Origin: a virus
IMG/VR virus record: IMGVR_UViG_3300032265_002475
Span: 5 to 64,004 of that record
DNA length: 64,000 nt
Direction: 5' to 3' (one strand)
Shown: in pieces, positions 1 through 9,820 of the stretch
Layout: every line of letters starts with the position of its first letter
How positions within the stretch are numbered: the stretch's first letter is position 1
Notes under the pieces: generated by a model
The model's database searches: none
Told to the model about the DNA's origin: nothing
What the model saw: the letters and a program-made list of their open reading frames with translations, nothing else
Program-made: the position numbers and the translations under genes

Positions 1-110
1 CCTTTATCTATGATAGTTATTAATTTACCAGGATAACCATTATCTACTAATTTTGTTGCAGCATTAATACCTGCTACTCCTGCTCCAACTATAACTATTT
101 TTTTATTCAT
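1..110 (-). CDS. FAD/NAD(P)-binding oxidoreductase, N-terminal fragment (continues past window start)
   Basis: ATG at 108-110 (rc); translation MNKKIVIVGAGVAGINAATKLVDNGYPGK has Rossmann GxGxxG motif; promoter-like element just upstream. Confidence 0.5.
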   Translation of the reverse strand, partial: MNKKIVIVGAGVAGINAATKLVDNGYPGKLITIIDK

Positions 111-127
111 ATTATTTTAATTCTTTT

Positions 128-160
128 ATAAAGATAAAAAGGAATTTTTGAAAAGCCAAG
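128..160 (-). promoter_or_regulatory. copy of the recurrent promoter element (ataaagata...gaaaagccaa; rc TTGGCTTTTC...TATCTTTAT)
   Basis: same motif as the 18 early-region promoters; sits upstream (minus strand) of the ATG at 110. Confidence 0.4.
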
Positions 161-164
161 AAAG

Positions 165-190
165 AAGGCCCAACTTTTTTAGTTGAGCCG
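165..190 (-). terminator. hairpin terminator after the 795-aa gene
   Basis: ggcccaact-tttttt-agttgagcc imperfect 9-bp stem directly 3' of the stop at 213, followed on the minus strand by a T/C-rich tract. Confidence 0.4.
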
Positions 191-212
191 TTATTTCTAA
201 TTTATATTTATA

Positions 213-2600
213 TTATTGTAATGTTTTTTTATATTTTTTATCTAAAATATCTTTATATTGTGTTGACATATTAGCAGCTAAAGCTATAGCACTTTTTAAA
301 ACTTGTACTCCATTTTTTGTTCTAAATTTAGGATTAATATATGGTAAAATACTATAAATTATAAATTGAGTAAATTCTGTTATATTATTTATTTTTCTTA
401 ATTCATTTCTAAGAATTGAACTTCTTCCTATGTGAGTATAAGCAGTTTTAACATCTGGGAATTTTGTGAATATTTGTTGTACGTTTGCTTCTGTTAAATT
501 ATTAGGAATTGTGTTATTTAAAGTAAATAAAGCACTTCTTACTTTACCTGTATTATCTGCAAATGTTTGATCTGGTGGAAATATAGAGTCACCTTTGGTA
601 TCTCTATAAAGAAATAAAGCTAAAATAAAATTAGCTAATTCATCTTTATTATCTATTCTGTTTAAATATGATTTAAAAGTAGTATCTCCATTTATAGCTT
701 GAGTTACTCTAGTTACATCAGGTTGAATTTTAGTTTTAGTTTTATCAAAACTAGATGTTGGTTGTTTTCCTGGTTCTTGTTTTTGGTCTTTAGATTTTTC
801 ATTTGGAATCTTTTTTCCAACTTTTGAAGCAATTACAGGATATTTTCTTTCAAATATATTCCAACCTGTTTTATATTGATCATTTATAGATACATAATCT
901 ATAGCTCCATTGTCAGGAGCACCCCATGTATAACAATATATTGGAACTAATATTCCTATATTTCCTTTAGCTTTAACTTCATTATATCCAGGAAGACTGA
1001 CAAAATTTGATACAGATGCTTCGGTTAATAAAGAATTATGAATATTAATTAAAGATATTTCTCCTAATTTATTAGTTTCTCCGGGTGATTGAGGACCGGG
1101 GAACGGAATAGAAGTAGGTTCAGAGCCAAGAGTATTAGTTGCTTTTTCTGCCTTTCCAGGTAAAAATCCTCCACTAGGTTGTCCTAATGTAGGAATTTTA
1201 GGATCTAAACTATTTATAAATACTCCAATAGATTTACTATCTCTATCAACAGCAACAGCCCACTTTAAAATATTTTTAAAATCACTTTCTTCTTTTGATT
1301 CTTTTATTTTTTTCTCTAAGTAATCTCTAGTAATAAAAGTATCTTTATTAGCATTTTTAGCATCTTTATTTAACGTAGAAGTAAGTTCTGAAAAGAAAGT
1401 ATTATATGTTGTATCATCAGTAATTAAAGGTAATATATGACCTAAAATGGTATAAAGTTTATTTCCATCAGGTTGAACTACTCTTGGATTTCTTAAATAC
1501 CCAACATCTTCAGGACTTGAAGGTGCTTTAACTGGTGTTTTTTCGTCTGTTTGTAAATTTTTTATAGAAAAAGAAGATGCTTGGTTCTTTTTAGCAGCAT
1601 CAGAATCTTTAGCTACTTCATCTCCAGGATTATCAACATTAGTTCCATCATCTACTATCTTAACTTCAGCTCCTGGGGATTGTGTTTTTATAAGACTACT
1701 TACTTTTTGAGCTAAATTTTTACCTGCTTCTAATCTATCATCACCTAATCCTTTTTCACCAGGACCATTTGGATCATCATCTCCAGTTCCCGGTGTGTTA
1801 GAAATTAATCCTTTAACACTTAATGTTAAAGATTTAATATTTTTACCTCCAGCTTGTTTTATAATTTGATCTGCTATTTTTTTAGCTGTTCCATCTTCAT
1901 CTGATACTTTAAATTCACCTGTATCAAATCCTACTTTAATAGTTTTTCCACTATCTTCAATACTTACAGTATTTGTTGGTATAGTACTTTTTAACAAATC
2001 ACCTGTTAATTTAATATTTTTTTCACTTCCACCAAGATCACTTATTACATTAGAAGCATCACTTACTTTTTCTATTTTAGGAATATCATTACCATTAACA
2101 GCTTGTTTAACTTGATTGTATATTCCAGGATTAGTTGAGTTAATTAATATAGCTAATTTAGCGGCAAGAAGAAGAGTTGAAATTGATTTACTTAAAACAT
2201 TAGCCTCTCCAGTTTTTTTATTTCTAAAAATATCTAATATACCTTCATCTATAGATTCTTTATTAAGTTTAGTATTAAGATAATTATTTATAGATTCTAA
2301 ATCTTTAGGACCATCATAGTTTTCTATAGTGTTAAGAAATAATTCATATTCTTTAGGTTTAAGAATATCTTTAATTGAACTAAAAAGAGAAGCTAATAAT
2401 CCTCCTGTAGGAGAAAGATTGAGTTTTTTTACTTTATTTTTTAATTTTTCTATAAATCCTTCAGATAAATTTTCTTTTAGGATACCTTTAGAATAATAAT
2501 TAGTATGTAAATAATATTCAACTATAGTTTCAACTATTAAATCATTAACATTGTTATTAGATAACCCTGCTAATTCTTGCATTCTGGTAAATTGATTCAT
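213..2600 (-). CDS. large hypothetical protein (795 aa), N-terminal FTRMQELAGL motif, Gly/Pro/Asp-rich centre
   Basis: long ORF; N-terminus MNQFTRMQELAGL matches the motif shared with the three upstream genes. Confidence 0.65.
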   Translation of the reverse strand: MNQFTRMQELAGLSNNNVNDLIVETIVEYYLHTNYYSKGILKENLSEGFIEKLKNKVKKLNLSPTGGLLASLFSSIKDILKPKEYELFLNTIENYDGPKDLESINNYLNTKLNKESIDEGILDIFRNKKTGEANVLSKSISTLLLAAKLAILINSTNPGIYNQVKQAVNGNDIPKIEKVSDASNVISDLGGSEKNIKLTGDLLKSTIPTNTVSIEDSGKTIKVGFDTGEFKVSDEDGTAKKIADQIIKQAGGKNIKSLTLSVKGLISNTPGTGDDDPNGPGEKGLGDDRLEAGKNLAQKVSSLIKTQSPGAEVKIVDDGTNVDNPGDEVAKDSDAAKKNQASSFSIKNLQTDEKTPVKAPSSPEDVGYLRNPRVVQPDGNKLYTILGHILPLITDDTTYNTFFSELTSTLNKDAKNANKDTFITRDYLEKKIKESKEESDFKNILKWAVAVDRDSKSIGVFINSLDPKIPTLGQPSGGFLPGKAEKATNTLGSEPTSIPFPGPQSPGETNKLGEISLINIHNSLLTEASVSNFVSLPGYNEVKAKGNIGILVPIYCYTWGAPDNGAIDYVSINDQYKTGWNIFERKYPVIASKVGKKIPNEKSKDQKQEPGKQPTSSFDKTKTKIQPDVTRVTQAINGDTTFKSYLNRIDNKDELANFILALFLYRDTKGDSIFPPDQTFADNTGKVRSALFTLNNTIPNNLTEANVQQIFTKFPDVKTAYTHIGRSSILRNELRKINNITEFTQFIIYSILPYINPKFRTKNGVQVLKSAIALAANMSTQYKDILDKKYKKTLQ

Positions 2601-2617
2601 TAATTTTTAATTAATTT

Positions 2618-3214
2618 TTAGAAAAACTCAACTACTACTTTATTGTTCTTCATAGTCATAGCCGCTTGTTGACCGTTTACAGTAACATTTAGTCTTTCTT
2701 TATTTTTTATATAATCTACTATTTCTGGGTCTATTTTTTTTAATGAATATTCATAAGTTATATGATCTTCTTCTTCTCCTGGATTATGATTGGATTTTAT
2801 AAAATTTTTAGCTTTATTAATTATATTTGGATCTACCATGTCTTTCATTTCTTTTAATGATTTAGACATTTCTTTTCTTTTATCTGAAATAATTTTAGTA
2901 AGAGCTGCTATTATTTCATTATCTGTTAAAGACTTTTTATTAGTAGTTTGGATTAAATTTATTAAATCTTTTATTAATTCTGCAAATTCAGGAGTGGTGT
3001 CATTAGCTGCTAATTGAGATACTAAAGGTTTTATTTTGTTTATAATAGCAGTAATATTAAAATCTTTTCCTGGTGTTGCTCCTGGAGGGGTATTAGGCTT
3101 AGTATTAGAAAATTGTAATGCTGTATCAGTTGCTTTTTGATCATAAGATTCAGTAATTATACCTGCTAATTTTTGCATACGAATAAATGATTCATTTAAT
3201 GGTTGTTTTTTCAT
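2618..3214 (-). CDS. hypothetical protein with N-terminal ESFIRMQKLAGIITE motif and C-terminal SLKEMKDMVDP module
   Basis: ORF; motif at residues 9-23; C-terminal module repeated in the next gene at protein and DNA level. Confidence 0.6.
   Translation of the reverse strand: MKKQPLNESFIRMQKLAGIITESYDQKATDTALQFSNTKPNTPPGATPGKDFNITAIINKIKPLVSQLAANDTTPEFAELIKDLINLIQTTNKKSLTDNEIIAALTKIISDKRKEMSKSLKEMKDMVDPNIINKAKNFIKSNHNPGEEEDHITYEYSLKKIDPEIVDYIKNKERLNVTVNGQQAAMTMKNNKVVVEFF
2829..2872 (-). repeat. 44-bp DNA repeat (copy 1) encoding SLKEMKDMVDP; second copy at 3808-3851
   Basis: ggatctaccatgtctttcatttcttytaatgattyagacatttc about 90% identical. Confidence 0.7.
3151..3201 (-). repeat. ~50-bp DNA repeat encoding FTRMQKLAGIITE; further copies at 3565-3615 and 4333-4368
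   Basis: cagtaattatacctgctaatttttgcatacgagtaaatgattcatttaatg. Confidence 0.7.
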
Positions 3215-3274
3215 GATTTTGTTTGTTTTATTTACTTCTTTTTTGCTTGATATGACATTATATTAATCGGAGTC

Positions 3275-3994
3275 TTAAATGTTAAATTTAACTTTAATAT
3301 TAGGACCATATTCTTCTCTTGCTGCTTTTGTAAGATCTTCACGGTATTTTTTCGTTCCTTCAGAAGTAATATCTCCATCATCTAACCAACCTGGAAATTC
3401 AGTATCCATATAATCCGCAAAAGCATCATCATCCATGTATTCTATGAATGTATTACTTAAAGGTTCAAATTCACCAAATTCTTTAATATCCCAATCCCAT
3501 ACATTACTTGGAAATACTTCATTTATTTTTTGTTTATAAGATTTTTTTTCTTTATATTCACTTTCAGTAATTATACCTGCTAATTTTTGCATACGAGTAA
3601 ATGATTCATTTAATGATTCGTTTGAAGAATCTAATGCTTCATCAGTAATAGTTGCTTCCATATCGCTTGCTTCTTCAGTATTTTCACTGTCAGTTACAAT
3701 TTCTTTTTTCTTACCTTTATTAGCTTTTTTATCTTTGATTTTTTCAAATTTAGCTTTAGCTTTTTGTAAATCTTTGATTTCTTTTTTTAATTCATTAATT
3801 TTACCTGGATCTACCATGTCTTTCATTTCTTCTAATGATTCAGACATTTCTATTTTCTTTTCGCGTAATGCAATTGCTTCTTCGCATTTTGCAATTTTAG
3901 CGTCCATTGCTGCTGTATCTCCCGCTTCATCAATTTCTTTGATATAATCATGAATTGATTCTTTAATAATCGTTTTGAATATTTTTATGTTCAT
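3275..3994 (-). CDS. hypothetical protein with internal ESFTRMQKLAGIITE motif and acidic C-terminal domain
   Basis: ORF; SLEEMKDMVDP module at the N-terminal part; motif at about residue 150. Confidence 0.6.
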   Translation of the reverse strand: MNIKIFKTIIKESIHDYIKEIDEAGDTAAMDAKIAKCEEAIALREKKIEMSESLEEMKDMVDPGKINELKKEIKDLQKAKAKFEKIKDKKANKGKKKEIVTDSENTEEASDMEATITDEALDSSNESLNESFTRMQKLAGIITESEYKEKKSYKQKINEVFPSNVWDWDIKEFGEFEPLSNTFIEYMDDDAFADYMDTEFPGWLDDGDITSEGTKKYREDLTKAAREEYGPNIKVKFNI

Positions 3995-4039
3995 TTTTGT
4001 TTTATTTTATGTATATAAATATGTTGAAATTTTATTTAA

Positions 4040-5371
4040 TTAATATTCTAATTCTAATTTAATTTTTTTACCATATTTTTTAAATAATTTATACTCTAAA
4101 GTAGCGTATGCATCATCTTGAATTTCTGCAAATAAACCATTATCTTTATCATCATTATCATTATATGTATGACCGTAATTAATTTTAAATATTTCTCCCC
4201 ATGCATCACCCATTTCATCAAAATCAACTACATATGTATCTTCTACTAATTCACCTGTTTTTAATAATTTATCTAATATTTTTTGAATAAGATTATATTT
4301 ATTAGATGAGATAGGTTCTTTTTCAGATATAACTCCTGCTAATTTTTGCATACGAGTAAATTGTTCATCTAAACCTGTCAATCCAGTATCATCTTTAGTT
4401 AAATCACTTTGAATAGAATCCATAGCGTCATTAACCCATTTTATTTGACTAGATGTTAATTTGTTTTTAATTAAATTTTCTATAAATGATTTAAATTCAG
4501 GAGTTTCTAATTTATAAATTTCAGTAAATAAGTATTCTTTAATTCTTTGGTCTGTGTATTTACTTTCTACAAATAATTTATTAATAGCATCATATATAAA
4601 TTTACCAAAACGTAAATCATCTGGTTCATTTTCTAATTTATCAACTTTATCTACTATTTGTTGATTTTTTTCTTTATCAGTTCCAAAACCATGTAATGAA
4701 ATTATTTCATATAATCCTTTAATAATTTCATGAACTAAAAAAGCAAAATTTAAACCCCAAGCTTTAATTACTAATTGATCAGTTTCCTCATCATATCCAC
4801 CTTCAGATTCACCACCTTCTAATTTTTGTTGTTGAGCTAACATTGCTAATAACATAGCTATAGCTTGTTCATCATCATAAATTCCAAAAGCAGCATTTAA
4901 TAATTCATTATATTTTTGTAATAAAGAATCATCAATTGCTTCTAAATAATCTCCAAATAAATTAACAGCATATGCTCCACGAATAGAACTACCTTGAGTA
5001 ATACCATTAATAATACGACGTTTTTCGTCTTCAGGCATTTCTACATCAGAAACTGGTTTGAGTTTACAATTTTTACATCCCATTTCTGAAGGTTTTCCTC
5101 CTATCTTAGCAATAATCTTAATATTTTGATCTTGTATGATAGGGTAAGCTTCTTCTACTAATTGTACAGCTAATGACTCTAATTCAGGTATATAATTACT
5201 TTCAATTTCAGAAATTTCTCCAAGTAAATTTCCAGTTTTTAACATTACTTGTATTAATTGTTCACTTCCTAATAATTTTTTTCTACTTTCAGCAGATTTA
5301 GATTTAAGTATATCAACTACTTCAGATGGAAAAAATTTATCATATTGAGCTTCTTGTAATAGTTTACTCAT
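4040..5371 (-). CDS. hypothetical protein (443 aa) with internal EQFTRMQKLAGVISE motif
   Basis: ORF; motif at about residue 330 followed by an acidic ~95-aa tail resembling that of 3275-3994. Confidence 0.6.
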   Translation of the reverse strand: MSKLLQEAQYDKFFPSEVVDILKSKSAESRKKLLGSEQLIQVMLKTGNLLGEISEIESNYIPELESLAVQLVEEAYPIIQDQNIKIIAKIGGKPSEMGCKNCKLKPVSDVEMPEDEKRRIINGITQGSSIRGAYAVNLFGDYLEAIDDSLLQKYNELLNAAFGIYDDEQAIAMLLAMLAQQQKLEGGESEGGYDEETDQLVIKAWGLNFAFLVHEIIKGLYEIISLHGFGTDKEKNQQIVDKVDKLENEPDDLRFGKFIYDAINKLFVESKYTDQRIKEYLFTEIYKLETPEFKSFIENLIKNKLTSSQIKWVNDAMDSIQSDLTKDDTGLTGLDEQFTRMQKLAGVISEKEPISSNKYNLIQKILDKLLKTGELVEDTYVVDFDEMGDAWGEIFKINYGHTYNDNDDKDNGLFAEIQDDAYATLEYKLFKKYGKKIKLELEY

Positions 5372-5625
5372 TATTTTAATTTTTTATATTTTTGTACAAT
5401 TTTTTTAATAACATCCATTTCATTTTCACGAACAGCTTTAGGTTTTCTTTCAGGAACTATATTAGGATTAGGTGGAGTTAATGTGCGTCTTTTTGGTTCT
5501 ACTGGTGGTTTTCCAGGAATTGTAACAGGTTCACGTGATGGTGATGGTTTTGTTGAAGGTGAATTCATTTTTAATGTTTTACGAATTTCCTCTTTAACCA
5601 TATTTTTAAATTCTGATTGTTTCAT
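5371..5625 (-). CDS. small Pro/Lys-rich hypothetical protein
   Basis: ORF coupled (1-nt overlap) to the downstream gene; N-terminus MKQSEFKNMVKEEI resembles the MKK leader family. Confidence 0.45.
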   Translation of the reverse strand: MKQSEFKNMVKEEIRKTLKMNSPSTKPSPSREPVTIPGKPPVEPKRRTLTPPNPNIVPERKPKAVRENEMDVIKKIVQKYKKLK

Positions 5626-5652
5626 TTGTTTGTTTATTATAAATATGTAATT

Positions 5653-7539
5653 TTAATTAATTATACCTGCTAAATATTTAAATTTATGTTGGTTAGATTT
5701 AAATTCTTGTATATGTTCTTTTAAACCTTGTGATATTTGAGCAGGAGTAAGTTCTATTGTATTATCATAATCATCAACTTTATTAAATGTTAAAGTGTCA
5801 AAATCATTTTCTGTAAAAAACATAGAATTTGAATTTGATGGATAATATCCTGATAAAGAATATTCTTTAACATCTTCACCATTTTTAAGTAAGTCAATAG
5901 TAATAGGATCTATATTTTTGTATAATATTCTTCCAGTTTCATCCATTAAACAGTATGAAGAATCATCATCATATTTTTCATAAGTTATAAAATAATATTT
6001 TCCATTTATAAGTAAAGTAATAGGAATCCCCATTGCTGTAGCTAAGTATTTTTCAGCATTTTTTTTATTTTTACTTATTTGTTTTACAATAGATAAAAAT
6101 TGTTGTTTTTGTTTACTGTCAAATTTATTAAAAGTTTCTGCTGAAATTGGAGATATTACAATTTGTTTTGTTGTTGCTTGTTTAGAAGTTTCATCATTTC
6201 CAAATTCAAATTTACTGTCTGTTGTAAATAATGAGTAAGCTTCATATAACTGTCTTTGTTTACTATCCATGTATCTCGTAGCCTCTTCAGGTAAATATCC
6301 CATTATTTTAATATTATCACTAATATATTGTTTTAATGTATTTTCACCTAAATTATCTTTAATTAAATCATATGTTAATTTATTTTTAAAACTATCATAA
6401 TATTTTAATTTTAAATTTTCAGGTAAAAATTTTAAAAATGGAGTAGGAATAGCTACATCAGGATAACGAGTATATCTATAAATCGGATATCGTTTTAATA
6501 ACGATTGACTATTTTTTAATTCTTCATATGAACATTCTCTATCGTTATTAATTGCTAAATTTTTTAATTCTGTATCTAAAAGTAAGAAAATATCAGTAGG
6601 TATAGTTTTAGCATTATTCTGAACATATAATGTTTTAGTATTATATGATAATGCTTGAAATTGTTCTGGGCTTAAACGTTTTCCTTTTAATGCTTGTAAT
6701 TCTATTTCTTCTGCTTTTGGTTTTACATATGCTATTTTACTTTCTAAAGATTTTAAAGTATTAATTATATCATCAGGTTTATATGATGAATATGTTTTAT
6801 TCATATATGAAAGTAAATTTGAAAAACTAACAGAAGTATTAGGTTCATCATTAGGATCATTATTAGCATTTGTCATTTTATATTTATTATTTTCAAATAC
6901 ATGAATAACAATAGCATGTAATGGATCTTTAAAGCCACCATTTACTTTTTCATCTGAACGATTTCTATCAAATACAAAATAAAACATTCGTGATGCTCCT
7001 TCTCTAAAACGATACGACATGTACATATTTTGAGTATCGGATGCTCTAGATATGCACCAGTTATAATATTCTGGTTTTTCTTTAGCACCATATTTTACAC
7101 AACTATGTTGTTCATCTCCTAAATATACTTCTATACCATTTTGATTATATATTAATTTACCATCAGTATTAACTGAGTTTAATATTTTTGATTGAGCTAG
7201 TTTTTGTTGTTTTTTAGATGAAGGAAAAACATCAATTAGACTTTCAAGATCATTAAATCTATCCCAAAGATAGATATCCATGAATTTATTTTTTTCTTGA
7301 ATATTTCTTGGAATTAAATTTTTAATTTTTTCGTAGTTAGCTAATTTTAATTCATCAGTATCTCCTTCATTTTTTTCAAACATATTTTTGATCTTTGATT
7401 TTAGATCTTCAAATCGTTTTATGTAACTTCTAATAGTGTCTGATTCTAAATTAGGTTGTTGAGATTTATAATGAGCTATTCTATCATTATAAACTTTTTC
7501 ACTATATTCTTTAAGTAATAAATCTGTTAATTTTATCAT
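5653..7539 (-). CDS. MIKL-leader family protein (628 aa); C-terminus ...KFKYLAGIIN
   Basis: N-terminus MIKLTDLLLKEYSEK; C-terminal YLAGII resembles the FTRMQKLAGII motif of the downstream genes. Confidence 0.6.
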   Translation of the reverse strand: MIKLTDLLLKEYSEKVYNDRIAHYKSQQPNLESDTIRSYIKRFEDLKSKIKNMFEKNEGDTDELKLANYEKIKNLIPRNIQEKNKFMDIYLWDRFNDLESLIDVFPSSKKQQKLAQSKILNSVNTDGKLIYNQNGIEVYLGDEQHSCVKYGAKEKPEYYNWCISRASDTQNMYMSYRFREGASRMFYFVFDRNRSDEKVNGGFKDPLHAIVIHVFENNKYKMTNANNDPNDEPNTSVSFSNLLSYMNKTYSSYKPDDIINTLKSLESKIAYVKPKAEEIELQALKGKRLSPEQFQALSYNTKTLYVQNNAKTIPTDIFLLLDTELKNLAINNDRECSYEELKNSQSLLKRYPIYRYTRYPDVAIPTPFLKFLPENLKLKYYDSFKNKLTYDLIKDNLGENTLKQYISDNIKIMGYLPEEATRYMDSKQRQLYEAYSLFTTDSKFEFGNDETSKQATTKQIVISPISAETFNKFDSKQKQQFLSIVKQISKNKKNAEKYLATAMGIPITLLINGKYYFITYEKYDDDSSYCLMDETGRILYKNIDPITIDLLKNGEDVKEYSLSGYYPSNSNSMFFTENDFDTLTFNKVDDYDNTIELTPAQISQGLKEHIQEFKSNQHKFKYLAGIIN

Positions 7540-8207
7540 TTAACTAGTGTATATTTATTATTTATTTTTTTAATTAAATTTTCTATATCACCATATTCTA
7601 CACTTCCTATATTTGCTATTGTAGCATTATTCTTTTTAAATTGATCAAACCCAAATTCATTATTATCTAATGAATTACTTTGATTTAAATAGTTAGCAAA
7701 TTGAACTGCTATTTCCTGTTCTGGGGTTAATTTGTTTACCACATTTTCAATTTTATGTTGTCCTTCAGGTGTTTTTGCTTCAGCAGGTTTAAGTGAACCT
7801 ACTGCTAATAAAGTAGCAGCTACTATTGATCTTAATTTATTATTTTCACTAATAACTACATTTTGATTTACTAAAAAATCTTTAACTTCTTCAATATCAT
7901 CTTTTGCAGTTGCAATATGATCAGAAGCCCAATCATGTCCTTTTGATAATATGTTATCTACTGCTTTTTCATCTAATTGTAACATCTCATCAATTGCATC
8001 TTTAATAGTTTTAAGATTTTGAAAAAACATATAATGAGCACTTTCTTCAGTTAATGATTTTTTAAGATCTTTAACATATTTTTCTTTTTCTTTATTTTGT
8101 TTTTTTGTTAAATGAGTATGTTTAGCTCCTTTAGGAGTTTCAGGTTTACCATATTTAGCTAAATTAGTAGCTAAGGCATACATTAGATTAGTTTTATTTT
8201 TTGACAT
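7536..8207 (-). CDS. hypothetical protein
   Basis: ORF with 4-nt overlap to neighbour. Confidence 0.55.
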   Translation of the reverse strand: MSKNKTNLMYALATNLAKYGKPETPKGAKHTHLTKKQNKEKEKYVKDLKKSLTEESAHYMFFQNLKTIKDAIDEMLQLDEKAVDNILSKGHDWASDHIATAKDDIEEVKDFLVNQNVVISENNKLRSIVAATLLAVGSLKPAEAKTPEGQHKIENVVNKLTPEQEIAVQFANYLNQSNSLDNNEFGFDQFKKNNATIANIGSVEYGDIENLIKKINNKYTLVK

Positions 8208-8209
8208 TT

Positions 8210-9820
8210 TTATTTATTTTTTAATAATACTATATTTCTAGCTATTTCGTCACTAGCTTTATTTCTTTCTTCTTTTGAAGTTTTTAAGTTAGATTTACGC
8301 GCTGAGTTATATCCTCCTCCAAGACTTCCTGTTTTTGCTATATTTAATTTTTTCCAATTCATTTTTTTATCATTTAAATATCCATTTAATATTTCACTTT
8401 CTTTATCAGCAGCTTCATAAGCATTCATAAAGTCAGTTTTTATTATATAATTAATTTGTTCAGAAGTTATTTCAGGATGTTCTTTTAAGAATTTACTAAC
8501 TGCTGTTAATTTATTTTTTTCTTTTTTTAGAATTTCAGGATTTTCTCTAGCTTTAATTGTTTCTTCTTGTTTAATTATTTTTTCTTGATTTTCAATATCT
8601 ACTTTAAAATCATTTAAACTTGATTTATAACTACCTATTTTTATATGTTCTCCATATCGCCTATTAGGATCATTTGTTAAACCTACATAAACTCGATTAT
8701 CTCCATCAACTCCATTTATATTTATAAATTCATAAGCATAAATTAGTTTTTCACTTTGAGGAACGTATTGCATTCCAATATCATTCCAAAAATTTCTTCT
8801 TTGAACATTATTAAAATTTTGTTTTCTCATATATCCTGATATACCGTGATATAACTTTAATGAATAGTCTAATAATTCGTAGATATAATTATTTTTTTCA
8901 AATTCAGGATATACTAATTTAAGTTGTTTTATATGTTCTTTAAAATCTTCTTTAGTATATTTACTCCAATATATTTGAGATTTAAGACCTAGTTTATGCC
9001 AGTTTTGATAATCTTCTCCATCCATTAATGGAAAAATATTTGCTTTAATATAATTGTAAAGAGTATTATCTCCACCTTTTTCTATAGGATCTCTGCTTAA
9101 ATTGGTAGGGTTAGGTTCTTTATCAGGATTTTTTAATTTCCATTTTTTTCTCCAAATTTCAACTGCTTCTTTAGCTTTCTTTATGTCAGTTCCAATAGTT
9201 TTAGAGTATATATTTTCCTCTCTTCCGACAGGAAAACCAAATTTACCCCATTTTAAAAAATCTTCTCCATCCATTAATGGAAAAATATTTGCTTTAATAT
9301 ATTTCCAAAGAGTATTATCTCCACCTTTTTCTTTACTATCACTTTCTAAATTACTAGAAAAAGGTTCTTTTTTATCAGGATTAAATTTTTTCCATTTTTT
9401 TCTCCAAATTTCAACTGCTTCTTTAGCTTTTTCTATGTCAGTTCCAATAGTTTTAGAGTATATATTTTTCTCTCTTACGACAGGAAAACCAAAATCACTC
9501 CACGTTGCTTTTCCGTTATTAATAAAATTTGTTTTAATATATGTCCAAAGAACATTGTTTCCACCTTTTTCTGCAAGATCACTTTTTAAATTACTAGAAG
9601 TAGGTTCTTCTTCTTCATCAGGATTTTTTGATTTCCATTCTGCTCTCCAAGTTTCAATTGCTTCTTTAGCTTTTTCTTCATCAGTCCCGATATAATCATA
9701 TTTTCCTTCATCTAACATACTCTCAATTTCATTAATCTTACGTTCAGCAAGTAATTCAAAATTAGCTGTATTTTTAGAAACAGTAAATAATTCGCGTAGT
9801 AAATTTGTTAACTTAATCAT
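8210..9820 (-). CDS. MIKL-leader protein with three ~85-aa tandem repeats and a C-terminal GIY-YIG-like segment
   Basis: N-terminus MIKLTNLLRELF; three copies of TDxxKAKEAVEIWRKKWK...KGGDNTLWKYIKAN; LIYAYEFININ...NRVYVGLTNDPNRRYGEH resembles GIY...YIG...R...E/H. Confidence 0.55.
   Translation of the reverse strand: MIKLTNLLRELFTVSKNTANFELLAERKINEIESMLDEGKYDYIGTDEEKAKEAIETWRAEWKSKNPDEEEEPTSSNLKSDLAEKGGNNVLWTYIKTNFINNGKATWSDFGFPVVREKNIYSKTIGTDIEKAKEAVEIWRKKWKKFNPDKKEPFSSNLESDSKEKGGDNTLWKYIKANIFPLMDGEDFLKWGKFGFPVGREENIYSKTIGTDIKKAKEAVEIWRKKWKLKNPDKEPNPTNLSRDPIEKGGDNTLYNYIKANIFPLMDGEDYQNWHKLGLKSQIYWSKYTKEDFKEHIKQLKLVYPEFEKNNYIYELLDYSLKLYHGISGYMRKQNFNNVQRRNFWNDIGMQYVPQSEKLIYAYEFININGVDGDNRVYVGLTNDPNRRYGEHIKIGSYKSSLNDFKVDIENQEKIIKQEETIKARENPEILKKEKNKLTAVSKFLKEHPEITSEQINYIIKTDFMNAYEAADKESEILNGYLNDKKMNWKKLNIAKTGSLGGGYNSARKSNLKTSKEERNKASDEIARNIVLLKNK
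9000..9720 (-). repeat. ~255-bp tandem DNA repeats (three copies) inside gene 8210-9820
   Basis: near-identical blocks at about 9128-9300, 9380-9505 and 9610-9700; mirrored by the repeated antisense ORF 9102-9695. Confidence 0.7.

Noticed and set aside
213-2600. Tape-measure protein call for the 795-aa or 1870-aa proteins
   Set aside because: Neither shows the long Ala/Gln/Glu-rich helical repeats or a lytic-transglycosylase/peptidase module of tape-measure proteins. The composition fits fibre/adhesin (1870 aa) or an unknown virion protein (795 aa) better.
2790-3017. Plus-strand ORFs (2790-3017, 3735-3947, 9102-9695, 9830-10240, 11312-11671, 16509-16964, 18174-18416, 18768-18998, 21904-22086, 25461-25691, 27972-28220, 38232-38432, 45956-46162, 47242-47514, 49389-50073, 52193-52399, 55778-56037, 58613-58813, 62576-62791)
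   Set aside because: All lie antisense inside longer, co-oriented minus-strand genes. They are low-complexity Phe/Leu/Ile-rich translations of AT-rich antisense sequence, have no promoter or RBS context, and the repeated one (9102-9695) merely mirrors the tandem repeats of the sense gene.
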